NCBI RefSeq assembly: GCF_000150275.1
Contig: NW_002060943.1
Coordinates: 5,228,008 to 5,292,007, forward strand
DNA: 64,000 bases
Direction: 5' to 3'
DNA from: Trichoplax adhaerens
Taxonomy: Eukaryota > Animalia > Placozoa
A model generated the notes under the pieces. It was not told the DNA's origin, ran no database searches, and worked only from the letters and a program-made list of their open reading frames with translations. The position numbers and the translations under genes were made by a program. Of the stretch, positions 1 through 25,769 are shown piece after piece (the first letter of the stretch is position 1; each line of letters opens with the position of its first letter).

Positions 1-795
1 TCTTGAATTGATCGGCTGTCATAATTAGTAAAGCAAATGTTATACTTATATGTAGAATTGCAAAATGACTACCTAACTTACACGAATGACTCTGTAGAAT
101 TTTGTTTTCTCCTACACCGTATTAAATGATAAAAATTTTTTTAACAGAATTGGTGTAGTCCTTATTAAGTGGTCATAGTAAAACCTTACCCTGGATTAGG
201 TTATATAGCGTCAAGATTTGTCGTATATTTATCAATGAATGTATGCTAAAACTTAATACCTCTATATCGTATAGTATTGAAAATCTAATATGGTAAATCA
301 ATAAAGCACCTTAGACGATTGGTACCGTAGTGAAATCCTTTTATTACGATTGATAATTCGGTTAGAGATAGTTACTATACATTTTATTCTACTAATTGAT
401 GGAACGTTTATGAGATCTTTCTCTAACATTATGGCAATTTTTTTGAGAGCCTTGCTAACACAGGCTGTATTCAGCATTTTTACTAGTTATAGTATACACG
501 TATATTTTATATTATATAATACATAGACACGTAAATATACTCTATATTTGAATATTGATACAGAACGTTGCAGTGACATGTAGCGGAAGCTAATACATGT
601 ATGTTGCACCTACGCGTATATGTCTGTATACGTATAGAAAAATGCGACGCATCAGATTGTCGATTATAAAAGAAGGTAACATCAATATCCGATAGTATGC
701 ATTACAGTTACATTGTTTAATCCATATACTCAGTAAATATAGTAGTTGGGTGGTTGACTACCGATCATTAATTGCCTAAATAATAAAAATGAAAA

Positions 796-1843
796 TTATT
801 TTGTTCTGTCGCTGGAGATCTTTTTTAATTCCTTTTCATCTGCTGGATCTAATTGCAGCATAGTTTCCTTGGCGCTCGATACTTTTTGACGTATCTATGA
901 GGTGTATATAAATATAAAATACCGCGTTATTGTGGATGGAATCAATCTAGAGATGTAGTAGTTTACGCACGCTGTACGTATAGTCATCAGTGAAAACAAT
1001 CTGATGATTAAATCGATAAGTTGTTAATTAATGCATATTGTGGATAGTCTAGAAATAGGCTACCGTAATAATATTGGAAAGGTGAATCGAAAGGCATCGT
1101 ACGAATTTTACAATGACAATACAATCAATCATCGATTGCTCTATATTAGTTTGTATTCAAATACTACGTACAAAATAAATTTTTGATCTTGCTAAGATAA
1201 ATTATTTTCTTTCCCCACTATTCGTCTTTAAAGATTTTAGGTTGAATATGGAGTATTAGCAATCGCTCTCTGAGCCTTCCTTACATCCTTATTAAGTAAA
1301 TCCAATCTAATTTATTTATACAGCATAATTGTCTATGAAGGGCATCATTTACGTATGTATTCTTACCCAAGAGAAGCAGTGATCTTCATATCCATAGTCA
1401 TGATACAAGACTAAATAAATTCCTAAACCTGTACATCCGAATAATGTAATTAGTAGTTGATTTCAGATAGTACGTGTTGATTTTATGGATAGTATGTAAA
1501 GGCAGATTATAACTGATCATAAGAAGAGATTATTTCTGCTCCATTCAATATTTTTAACCAGTAAGACTATAGATATTAGTTACGGATTGGTAAACTGCGG
1601 GCGCAGCATGTGAACATAATCAGTTGAGCCATTTAGTCATGACAGAACTTGCAATATCTATTGTAGTAGTGAACTATATAAATACAGTATACGTGAGATA
1701 TTACCGACGACAGTAGTATAAGTAAACCATTTAAATCCTCTCTGATGGTTAGGAAGTACCATAGGCGTGTAGAGTTCAGCCTTGACATCTTTGCTTAGTC
1801 TTGCAATTTTAGGAGGTTCCTTATACCTGTAATCTTCAGCCAT
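796..1843 (-). CDS. Small uncharacterised single-pass membrane protein, 3 exons, 99 aa
   Basis: Exons 1843-1705, 1428-1367 and 894-796 join by GT-AG introns in consistent phase (300 nt): MAEDYRYKEPPKIARLSKDVKAELYTPMVLPNHQRGFKWFTYTTVVGLGIYLVLYHDYGYEDHCFSWIRQKVSSAKETMLQLDPADEKELKKISSDRTK*. An alternative in-frame ATG lies at 1852. Confidence 0.8.
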
Positions 1844-2029
1844 GTTGTTCATTCACTACAACACAGTCGATGTGGGGCTGAGTCCAATGGCTGTCCATCG
1901 GGTGGAGGGCTGCCATACGGTACTACCGCACTGTCGTGTAGCCTATTCAGTACTCTAGAGGAAAGCTTTTCTTATAGATTTACCTTAATCCAGTTTAGTC
2001 TACTATACCTTTATTTGCTGCCTCCAAAG

Positions 2030-2800
2030 TACTAAGTACAGTAGTATACAGTGTACAGTACTCCTTAGTACTGTAGAAAATTGAGATCGCTACCGGGAGT
2101 GGGTCCTTCGAAAAATCTTTTTTACCTTCATGGTGTAACGCATAAAATGAAATGAAACTTTAATTGAATTTATTGAGCGTTATTTTTTCAAAAATAACGC
2201 TAGTTATTATTCCTTTCTTACTTACAGATATGGAACACGATATTGAAGAACTTTGAATCTATGAGAGCATTAAAATAATACCAGCCCGGCCGCCCGGTAG
2301 TACCATGCACTAGAAGAAGGCCTGATCACTCTTGGACGGACAGACACTGCTGGCTTCTCTCATCAAAATATTGTGTCAAACAGTTGGTTATGGGAGTACT
2401 TTAGTTGATTTTGAATTGACTCATGTTTTCTCAATTGAGTAACATTGCATCGAATCTCCTTTATTTGCTACAAAGTTCTGCTTAAAGCAAGTTCTATAAG
2501 ATCATAGACGCTATTTAAATTAGTCCCTGTAATTTAGAAAAGAGACATGGAACATCCATACTACTATACAGTAAGTAGTCATTTTTCGGCGCCCTCATTG
2601 GGGAAGAAAAGTCCGTCTGTCTGAGAGAGAGAGAGTCCACAGTTCTTCTTCTAGTACTACGCGTGACACGACTTGCGCAGATGGACCACGAAAACGTTTC
2701 CTTCTAGTGGTCCGTGATACTATACAGACAGACAGCACGTACGGTACAGCGGCTCTCTTCTTCGGTTTTCTTGCCATTACCGTACTATACCGTACGTCCA
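2030..2800. promoter_or_regulatory. Divergent promoter region between the small membrane protein gene and RPS16, with a candidate TCT/TOP-like pyrimidine start
   Basis: TACAGT/ACTGTA cluster at 2030-2080, (GA)n at ~2622-2635, and pyrimidine tract CTCTCTTCTTCGGTTTTCTT at ~2753-2772. The RPS16 ATG sits directly after a 3' splice site, which implies an upstream non-coding exon. Confidence 0.4.
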
Positions 2801-4619
2801 GTTAGCATGGCACTGCACGCATACGCGCCCAATTCTGACCAGTGGAACAGGTCGATTACTATGCTACCTTGAGTCATACATCAGCACAATCGCTCGCTGC
2901 CCATCGCCATCGCTCGAGCAAACTCATTGCGCATAGAGGAGACTCACTTGCACGTGTCCAACCTCTTCTTTTACCATCGTGAACAGAGTGGCAACGAAAA
3001 GGTAAAGGAGCAAGTTGAAATTCTTTTTTTTCCAACTTCAGCGGTCATTGACTTGGTTGAAATGGCATTTTTCCATGTTATAAGCTTGAGTAGATTGAAA
3101 TGATATCGATTATGATCACTTTTATGCGTTAATTCATGAAAAATTTTGCCAATTTTCGTCGTTGGCGTTCTGCAGCGCGATCGGTCCATCGCTTCACCCT
3201 GACTAGTGACTACCCAAGCGAGGCTGACCGTACCATACCGTTGCCTAGTAATGACAGTTTGATTTGCAGCTTATCCATTGCGATCTCATGGACACCCATT
3301 TCATTTACCTTGCTTGATCGATTTGGATGGCTATCCGGTCGATTATCCATGCTCTAAACGACTATTATCCATCATGGCCTTGTCTGTCTTACCTTTTCAT
3401 CAAAAATTGCCTTGATCCAATCGAAAATACGCCTAGTCTAACTTATTAAATCGCCTTAAATTGACTTACTATCTTTGCATAACTTCTACTCTACCATGGT
3501 GTCTTCATTTTCAACAACGTTAATTTCGTATTCTCCCTTCATTTGACAGCTTGAGAGAAAGTTAGTGATAGTTATTTTATCTTGGACATCTTTCTTTTTA
3601 GAGTACTACTAGTACCCTGTTTAGTAGACAGTACATCTTCGATGCAGTTAGTGAGTACAATGAATCTCCAGTTCGATCGCATCGAATCATCAGCTTACAC
3701 TAGACTCCTATTCTTGGTAAATTACCATCAAATTCCTTCTGCCTATCTTAGTTTTTACCTTGTTTATTTCTATCCACTTTAAACGAATCAGTCATTAGCT
3801 TACAGTAGATTCGTATATCTTCTTGATGGATGGGCAATCAATTTATCCTTGCTAGTATGACTGTCTTTCTTTCAAACTTCTTTATAGTCAACGGAATCGA
3901 TCGTCAGTTTAAAATGAGCTGACTTTTTTACCTATAAAAGATTTCTCCTTTTCAATTTTGATCTTGTAATTAATTTCTCGTCTTTTTTATTTCGAACACA
4001 GTAAAAGAAACCGAAAGTCAGCTTACGGTAAAATTGTCCTTCTTCTTGATGAATTAATAACAAATTTGTCCTTACTACTCTGCTTAATTCTCCTTCAAAT
4101 TGCTTTACGCGTACATACGAGTCAGCGAAATCGGTCACCAGTTAACCCTAAACTAGATGAGTTTTCCGCTTGTGAAAACGTTTCTGCTTCCTAACTTTTG
4201 ATCGCTCAATTTCTCCTCTTCGTAATATGCTATGCAATTAATGGAATGCGTCATCAATTTACAGTAGATTAAATTACTATCGTTTAAATAGGGACTTTGG
4301 ATCAAGTCAAATTTGAAATCTTCCAGTTACTCTTATGATTATGCGTCCTTCCTCTTAATACACATTTTGTCCTATCCATTAGACAATAATTAATCATCAA
4401 CTTATGATACATCTATTTTCGCCTTAAAAAACATTTCTTTTTTGTTTCGTATTGTGTAACATTTTTAGCTATACTTGGCTGACACTATTCTGTATACAGC
4501 AAATAGAAATAATCAATCATATCATGAACTTATTGCAACATTTTTCATCTTTTAAGAAGGACTTAGCTGCTCGCAATAGTCTGATTATCTCTCCTTTTCT
4601 TTTCTTAATGAAATTATAG

Positions 4620-5673
<1,054 letters not shown>

Positions 5674-6642
5674 AGTGGCACACACTTGGAATATCTTCTG
5701 TATAGTAGTAATCTACTTCTTAGATTGGTCTTCTTCAACGTATTAATATACAAAATATACAAATAAAAAAATTTCTGTTCTATTCTTGTGCTTACTCTTT
5801 GCTTGGGCTAGCTTTCGCTTTAATAATCTCCAGCATACTTTAGTATTACAGTGAAAATCAATTTGTGACTAATTGAGTTAGGATAAGTTAAAAATTTAAT
5901 TTACGTGCGGATGGGTTATAGAATGCAGCTGCTTGTTAAGACCCATGAGAGCTAATGAACGAGCGATGAGCATAAAAATAAACTCGACGATCAGTAGTCA
6001 ATTATCTACCACCTTTTGGCATTGCAAAGCGATGTATTATCGCTCTAGATTTGATCAACCTACAACCATAAGGTCACTAACTCGTTGCCACTTTCAAAAG
6101 GCATATTTCTTATTCGTCTAGCACAAACACTGCCGTTCGTTGTCCAGAGTGTACTGTATATTCATTCCGAATTGATCTTACGACATAGCGGTTAAATACG
6201 TAAATGTAACAACTTAAATGCTTCAGATATAGGTATTACCGCCAATAACTTAGTTTATTATTACTAGGAGACGCCATGATATTAATATTTATTTATTAGA
6301 TCTACAAATTGTTGTAAAGAGCACATAAAACTAATTTTTTTCCATAACATGACGCCGTTGTACAATATTCGTACAAATCTGATCTAATATATTAGCCAAG
6401 TAAACTAATCGTTACACTACCGAGTATACTGGAATAAAATATATCGCTAATAGCAGAATATGCGCACCTATCTTTAATACTTCTTAGTAATTTAGCGATA
6501 TCAGAGTTTGTTAATCAGCTAAAATAACATCACATTAATATTTTGCATGCTAAATTCAAAAGTTGCTGTTAGCAATCTTCAGGTATACGATGTTAGCGTC
6601 GATAGGGGGAGGGGCGCCAATTAAATGAGCAGTTTAACCAGG

Positions 6643-9600
6643 TTATAACATGCTTGTCTGTTTTGGCAATTCCACAATAATTTTGCCTTTATTTTTCCCA
6701 GAGTACATGTACTACGTGGTAGTAAAAGATCGCTGTAAGTCAAGTTGCACTAAATAATGATTTATAAGTAAAAGAAAAAGTGCTATAATAACTAAGCTAT
6801 CTGTAAAACAGGATCGAACTTACATCAATTGCTTCAGCGATTGAGTCTAGGCCTTTGTAATGAGTTTGTTGACCTAAATCTACAGAGGATTTTAACTCTG
6901 CACGATGATACATGTTTGCCAATTTCTGAAAGTGTTTTCCGTAATGTTTAACGTAATGGAATAATAAAAATCCTCTCAAACTGGATGATTTGGAGAGCAA
7001 CTATAAATTGGTAATGACAATGTAAAAAATATAGAATTATTATTAGTCGCGAAGTATTGATCCTTCAGAAATATCAATTAATATAAAACTTTATATTGAA
7101 TTTACACGCGGTGGAATAATAAGATTCCTCGATTTTGAAACACCCTTAGCGGTTTGATAACCAGATATGTATCCGATAACGATTAAACGTCCTTTGATAG
7201 CCAGACTAAGCAAAAAAATTGGACCGATAGTTTGATATTTACTTATTCAACTTTATAATTCCGATATTTAAGATCAGCTTACGGATACTACAGCAAACTA
7301 AAGCACTTTCGCTATAATTAATATCATAGAGCTAATCCAATATTTATGCTATTTTTTAACTAAAATCTTCTAGATCATGCCATAATTGATAATCTTAGAT
7401 TATGAAGACTAACTTTTCTAAACAAATATTAAACATTTCGGCCCCGATGGATTCATATACGACATCAATGCCTTTTGGATATTCCTTTTTCAAAACTTGA
7501 TCTAGATTTTCTGTTTTATAATTGACTGGACGATCACAACCTATGTTCTACAAGGATATAATCAAAACCCTAGTATCAATAATTCGCAAAGAACTTTATT
7601 GTAACCTCGTTATATTTTATTATCTATTCTTTACTATTTCTCACATGTACATGGCGCTCTAAATAACTTAAAACTAAGCAGTTATGTTAATAACTAATAG
7701 ATATCGATCCATGCTAAATTAGCTGACGAACGATGTTGCGTCGGCTTAAAAGATGCTAATAACTAACATTTCCACTCACAGGGTTATTAATCTGAATATA
7801 GTTAGAAGATTTACGCTAAATATGATAATATTAGTGGAAAATGACCAATTTACTCAGATGCCTTTATGGACAGATACTAAAATTATTTTGATCAATATGG
7901 TAGAACATTGACGAATTTATTTATGGTTAGGAATGGTAAATTCGACTCTAATGAATTATTGTATCTCTTAGTATAGCAATTCTAACCCTTAAAAATTCAG
8001 CTTTTTCACTGCTGGAGCAGGTTCCGATAACATGACATCCAGCCGCTTTTGCTAATTGAACCTATAATATAATTGTAGATTGAATTTAGATCGCAGAAAT
8101 CATGGAGCATCATTGTCATTTTACTCCCTAAACTGTAGAATGTATCAGCTCTTTCAAATACTAGTATCACTAAAGGCGCCAAGACGGTAAGGTAATATCA
8201 ATAAAATAATCAATTCAATCCAGTCTTTTAATTACTTGTTTGTACATGTTGATGTGTACAGTACTTTCAAATTTGCTAACATATTCATGATTTTACAGCA
8301 TTCAATTAGTAAAAAATTTAACGTTTTAGAAAGGAATATCCACCAATAGTTGATTCCTGCCGTAAACTGAGTCAAAATACGCGTCTTTACTATAGTGATT
8401 GCAATATCTATCATTAGGAAGTTATTTTAACTTTTCATACTTACTGCAAATTGCCCAGTACCACCAGCAGCAGCTGTAAATGCAAATCAAGAGGGAGATT
8501 AAAATTCTAATTAGCAATGCTGTAATTCAATTCAAGGCCGAGGCATTTACTACTTGAATACTATGAAATTTTCATGATATATATTGCAGTACTACTGTAT
8601 ATACCAATAGTAACCTTACATTTATGTATCTTTAATGCAAAGGGGAATACAAGAAATATTACTTAATCATATTTACTACATTTATTAAATGAGTTGAAAA
8701 GTCTAACACAAAGAATAAATAACGGCTAAAGTTATCATCATCTTACCTGTAACTAAAACAGTCTCACCAGATTTTAGGTCCCCTAGCTGTGTAATAATAA
8801 TTATACAATATGTAACTGGTTAATCAAAACATTTTATCTATCCTCATTTAAAATAGTCTCTCATTGGTATGGTATCAAAGAAAAGTATAGCTCCTTCTTA
8901 ACGTGCTAAAGATATAACTTAGTGTTTGATTTTCTAAATTTCCTGCATATGAGGGTACGAACGCAGGCTATTTTTCTATTGTATTTAGTTTAGGAGTTTG
9001 TATAAGATAATTTACCTGATCTAGAGAGATACTTGCTGTCAAACCGCTAACCATAAATGGAATATATTCTGGATTACAACTAGGTATAGGAAACGCTTCC
9101 CTTGCAGGAACTACCATATACTCCGCGAACGAACCATTTTGCATGTATGCGACATGATTGCCAACCTTGAAGTGCCTTTGACATTCGTTGCCAAGTGCCA
9201 CAATTTCTCCAATAGCCTATTTTAATCAAGTAACGTTGATCGTTTAACTAATCATTCCTATGTTAGATGGTATATAGGTTTACTTCCAGCAGTAATGATG
9301 TATCGATTAATATATATAATACTATCATCTAGTACAGAATTGAATTTGAAAAAAATAGAAGTAATCTTTACTAGATATGCTCAATGTGCTATTAAACATT
9401 ATAATACTATACAACAAAAAAACACAATAAAGACGATCCTATCAATCATTGTACTTAGCTGTAGTAGAAGGAAGAAAAGACATATGAAAATATAGTATAC
9501 GATTAGCAATTAAGAATGGAATATAAAGAAGACTAATGCAATGGTATGACCTCGAAACCAACACCAAATGGCGGCTGTTCATCACCATTGAAATAGCGTC

Positions 9601-10445
9601 CTGCAGTAAAGTTGATATCCGATGCGTTAATACCCAGGTACCTGAAGAAGAGACAAATTCCAATCAGTATCATCATCGACAACTCTTTCAATATTAGCCA
9701 TAGTAAGACACCATAATCTGCGAATTGATTGGGTGCTATTTACAGAACTATGCTAAGATTGAGCCTGAAGTACGACTACATCAGTATTTGAAACCAATGG
9801 AGCAAGATCGGTTTGATGTTCACGTTTACTCACGACAAGAATATGAACAAGTAATGAAACCATGGAAAACCTAGTGTTGTGAGTATGTTATCATTGATAG
9901 TAAGCTATTAGCAACCAATGAAAGTGTAATAGGCAAGACATACGCGTATTTTATGTACTCGTGTCGCCATCTTTTATATATATTATACGCTACTTTTGAC
10001 TTTTCAATTTCCCTATTGACCTACAGTACAGGTCTAACATGAGCAGGTTTAGCAAGAGTCCTAAGCTAAGTGGAGATAATAGTAATGTACAAGCAGAGCC
10101 GATCCGTTTTCTATAGTAGTTTAATATCATCACTACTAAATCAGTTCTAAATCTCTATCTCAAGCAATTCACTATTGACTACTTCTGTTTTTAATCGAAT
10201 CCTCTCTCTCTCCATCTATGCAGTAATGGCAATGCATGGTAAAAGTAGAGCTGCGCTAGACATGGACATCGATCATACTGACTTTTGCAGCTATAAATCA
10301 ACTTCAATTACCTGTTTTTAATCAATAATTCTTTTGCACCAGGATTAACCATTGGAGTATCGACAATTCTAGTTGCCTGGCGGAAGTCAGGCGAGAATTT
10401 TTCGCATAAAATCCGACGAAATGTTCTTGGTAATGCAGCAGCCAT
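6643..10445 (-). CDS. PTGR3: Prostaglandin reductase 3 / ZADH2-like MDR-family NADPH oxidoreductase, ~10 exons
   Basis: [25 protein letters not shown]...[16 protein letters not shown]...PPFGVGFE...GSFAEY...[10 protein letters not shown]...[22 protein letters not shown]...GCDRPVNYK...[13 protein letters not shown]...[12 protein letters not shown]...[22 protein letters not shown]. Confidence 0.93.
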
Positions 10446-11544
10446 CTTTTACCTTGAAGCTCGAGGACGCTATGAATTGGGGTCTTGAGCTTTTTCCAAT
10501 AACAATTTAACACCGATTGCAGTAATCGGGTCAAATCCTATTACTGTCGATGGCCATTTGGGTATCGTACCTAAAGTAAAATAAATACCATTTGGCCAGT
10601 CTAGCACGGCCATGAAGTCAACTTTCCATACTGAAAGCTGTCATGACGGCCAATTATTAAGCACTATCGGACGACATAAGGTGATGGACGCAATCTCCAT
10701 ACGGTAGATAGTATACTGTCGAAAATAGCTGCTCTAAATCCATAGATTACAGTCAAGTGATTGGAAGAAAAAGGTCAAAGGTTAAATGGGCTGGTAGCTG
10801 TCCGCGCCCCCAAATCATGAACCTCCAAGGTCCATGCCCATGTTGACCTAATGCTAATCAATCAATCTATTGCTATGGATTTCTAAATTGGCAATTTCCA
10901 GGTCTAGAATAAGTATGGATGACTACTGTATCTCATGGTCTATGGACTAAGGCTAATTTCCCATATTGCACAGCTTCTACAATGGATGTACGATCTTGAT
11001 CATCCACCTGTTGAGGTCGTCACCTAAGATCTTGATGAATGATCAATTTCTAGCTAGATGTTGCTAGCTAGGTGCTTATAGTTATGATCATAGACTGCTA
11101 AAATTGTATTTTAGTAATCCATGATACTGTATGGACAATTGTACATTCACATCTATATCGTCTACGATTGCTTGAGCATCCATAAATTGACGAGTTATGT
11201 TACGAAGGGCAATCGGCCCACTGATATAGGTAAATTGCGATCCCTACTTTTACCTCTTAGCTTATTGACAGTACTGTTAGTTTCCACTCGATATGTGTAT
11301 CGCGTTGCTATGGTACAGCAGTAACCTACCGAATCACAGTATTATCGCAAATCAATCATGATTACTTTTTTCCTTAACCCATATGCAATTATGCAGGCAT
11401 GCTTGAATATGCAATACGTTAGCCGGTAATATATTGTATACCACTGTACTCCTGTACAAGGTAGATTACTACGATAACATGCTGCATGTGCTAGCGAGCT
11501 ACTTGTACTGGAGAAACATTGACACGTACACTACTATCTATATT

Positions 11545-12115
11545 TATACCTAATAGTTAGAACTACTAGAGCTACATTATTACGCTTATACCTAATAGCT
11601 AGAACTACTAAAGCTACATTATTACGTTTATACGAAATTATACCTAATAGCTAGAACTACTAGAGCTACATTATTGTTACGTCCCTATTCCTAATAGCTA
11701 GAACTACTAGAGCTACATTATTACGTCCCTATTCCTAATAGCTAGAACTATTAGAGCTACATTATTACGTTTTTACCTAATAGCTAGAACTGCTAGAGCT
11801 ACATTATTACGTTTTTACCTAATAGCTAGAAGTACTAGAGCTACATTATTACATTTTTACCTAATAGCTAGAAGTACTAGAGCTACATTATTACGTTTTT
11901 ACCTAATAGCTAGAACTGCTAGAGCTACATTATTACGTTTATACCTAATAGCTAGAACTACTGGAGCTACATTATTACGTTTTTACCTAATAGCTAGAAC
12001 TACTAGAGCTACATTATTGCGTTTATAACTAATGGCTAGAACTACTAGAGCAACATTGTTACGTTTATAACTAATAGCTAGAACTACTAGAGCTACATTA
12101 TTACGTCCCTATTCG
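11545..12115. repeat. Minisatellite, 42-bp unit, ~13 copies
   Basis: Unit CCTAATAGCTAGAACTACTAGAGCTACATTATTACGTTTTTA repeats head-to-tail (e.g. 11549, 11591) with point variants and no unique spacers. Confidence 0.97.
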
Positions 12116-12795
12116 TAGTAAAGTAGCGAGCTAAATGCAATATTCACCACTGCATAGATTACTATCCAAGGTTTACTACGTTACTCGAATTGATACTTAC
12201 CCCAAGATTCGAGATGGTGCACTGCAAGTCCAAGCCGCTATTTTAAAATTTTGAAATGCTATATTCACCACCGCGTAGATTACTATCAACTATTCCTACA
12301 TCTGCTGTGACACCGATAAAGCATGCTCCTGCATACGATTGGAATAGCCGAGACATCAATATAATACATAACAGTATTTGTCAGTTTAATGTCCATTTAC
12401 AATAACGAAAATCATGTACATTCTCGTATTTATACATCTACGATTCCCAAAACACACATATAGAACAACATAAAACACACGTATCTAACCTAAGCACAAT
12501 ATTAGAGACTCGAAATATGTGGTAAAAAATGTCGCTAAATATGAATCCCAGCTTAATTCTGAAGCCGATAACTAATCTCATAAAATCTCGGCTGCTAATA
12601 GGAATCAACTTCCGTAGGGGCAAATAGTCAAACCAAAAATTACAAAAGGCTTCCAGATACTGTACATTTATATCCTTAACATGAAGTCAAATCCATTACA
12701 TTAACACACCTGATATAACAGTACAGTAAAAAATATCGCTATCTACAACAAGGTCACAGAAAGCCATTATTACAGTCTTAAAGCTACATAGAATG

Positions 12796-24053
<11,258 letters not shown>

Positions 24054-25769
24054 AATATCGTGCTGTGGTATAGTAATATAACAGGATTTTTATTAGTTTG
24101 ATTTACATTTTACGGATTCTTACACTCTAGAAATTTGTGCGGTAATAGTAATCATTGAAGTTTATCTTACTACTACCACATTAACATCGCAATATTCAAT
24201 CATTTCATGGAGAAATTTGGCTATTAAAACTCGTTGTATAACATCCAAATACCAAATATTTACATTAATCTTTATCGTAGTTTCGACAACTGATGTTTCA
24301 ACTATGAGTTTTGGGCTTTCGGTATCATTATTTTTAAGCAACATCATTGTCTACGGCCATTACACGATTGTAAGTCACATAAATACGCACCTAGGCAGTG
24401 TATGGGCAATGCAAGAGGTGTTCAGTGCACCGAATGTTATTCTAATTTGTCATTGACAGATTACAAATGACGTTGATGCACTAATAAGTATGGCAATGAG
24501 AAAAAGATAGCTACACATGGTGTCTATAGACACTGTCGAAATAGTACATATTCTAGAATTGGCAATTTTCATTGGAGTAGGCCAGTAGTTACAAGATTGA
24601 TTTACTTTATCCTCTTTGTAAACATTGTACTGCTTAATGGATTAGTAGTTGGTAATGATGCTACTAAGTGATTCTTTACTGTTTGTAATCATTTTTTTCA
24701 ATCCGAATAATAGCTAAAATCAAGGTGATAATAATCTATCGCACTTTTTATCCTGTTATTGCATACTGTATATTGTACTTTTCCATTTCCCTATCATTAA
24801 TTGAACAAGTCATTACCGTATTAGATGGCCTGATGGCTACATGTATTCGGTATCTCCCGATGCGAATGTAAGAGGTAATGTAATACATCATTATGCATGA
24901 GTAGATGAGTGAACGTTAGGAGTTGTGGTAGAGATGTCCAATCACTATAATGTAACGTAAAATTGGACCTATATTTCCCACTCAATGAATTGATTCGTTT
25001 ATTCTTTTAATCGAGCTGACCACACTGTGTTGTAAATTAGGATAAAAATTTTGAATAAAGCATGTAGGGCTAGAATCATATAAAGTATCTCATTGCATGG
25101 AACAGCCATTATTTATGGATAGAGCACAGTTTAGTCGTTCGCCTAGCGTATTAGTATCAAGATGGCTTAAGCATGGGTACGGTATTTTCCTGTAACTTGT
25201 AGTAAAGTAATATTATCATCCAAAACAGTAACATTATTTCGTATAATTACGTATTTGTGATTGATTAGTTCATCAAACTGAGATGTCGCAATGATTAAAC
25301 TTTCAATGTCTAACGCTTTGATTGAAGTAGTCAACATAGAATCGTTATTAATTTATATTGAAGTAGAATATTGTCGATGTTACAGAAGACCTAAAATTGA
25401 AATTGTATTTTTACGTATCGTCAATTGTGCAATTATACAAATAAAGTGCTCAGAGTCGATCGAATCAGGCGTTATCATGTAATACAGATCAATAATACTG
25501 CAGTACAATTAATGTCAAACAAGAAGGGATGGTATAAATAAACTTTGCAGCTTTACCTTAACACGTTGCTAATACTCGTACACGAAGAGTATCATGATTT
25601 ACTATCCTGAAATTGATGGATTTTTGATCCTATTGTCATATATATCAATCTACGCATATACTGAAGTTAGGCATATTTTTTGGAGATAGAAATAGCGTAT
25701 GTCGACGATTTATAGCTTTTTGTACACTGTACAGTCATAGGCAATTTAGCAATCCATGCTACAGTACTG

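Noticed and set aside
148-179. Possible last exon (IGVVLIKWS*) of an upstream + strand gene
   Set aside because: Too short to support without sequence upstream of the window.
4142-4152. TAACCCTAA as a telomerase RNA template
   Set aside because: It is only a 9-nt match, and no downstream pseudoknot, CR4/5 or H/ACA elements were recognisable.
11545-12115. 42-bp array as a CRISPR array
   Set aside because: Units are contiguous with no unique spacers, there are no cas genes, and the context is eukaryotic; it is a minisatellite.
12192-12203. ATACTTACC as a U1 snRNA 5' end
   Set aside because: The downstream sequence lacks U1 stem-loops and the Sm site.
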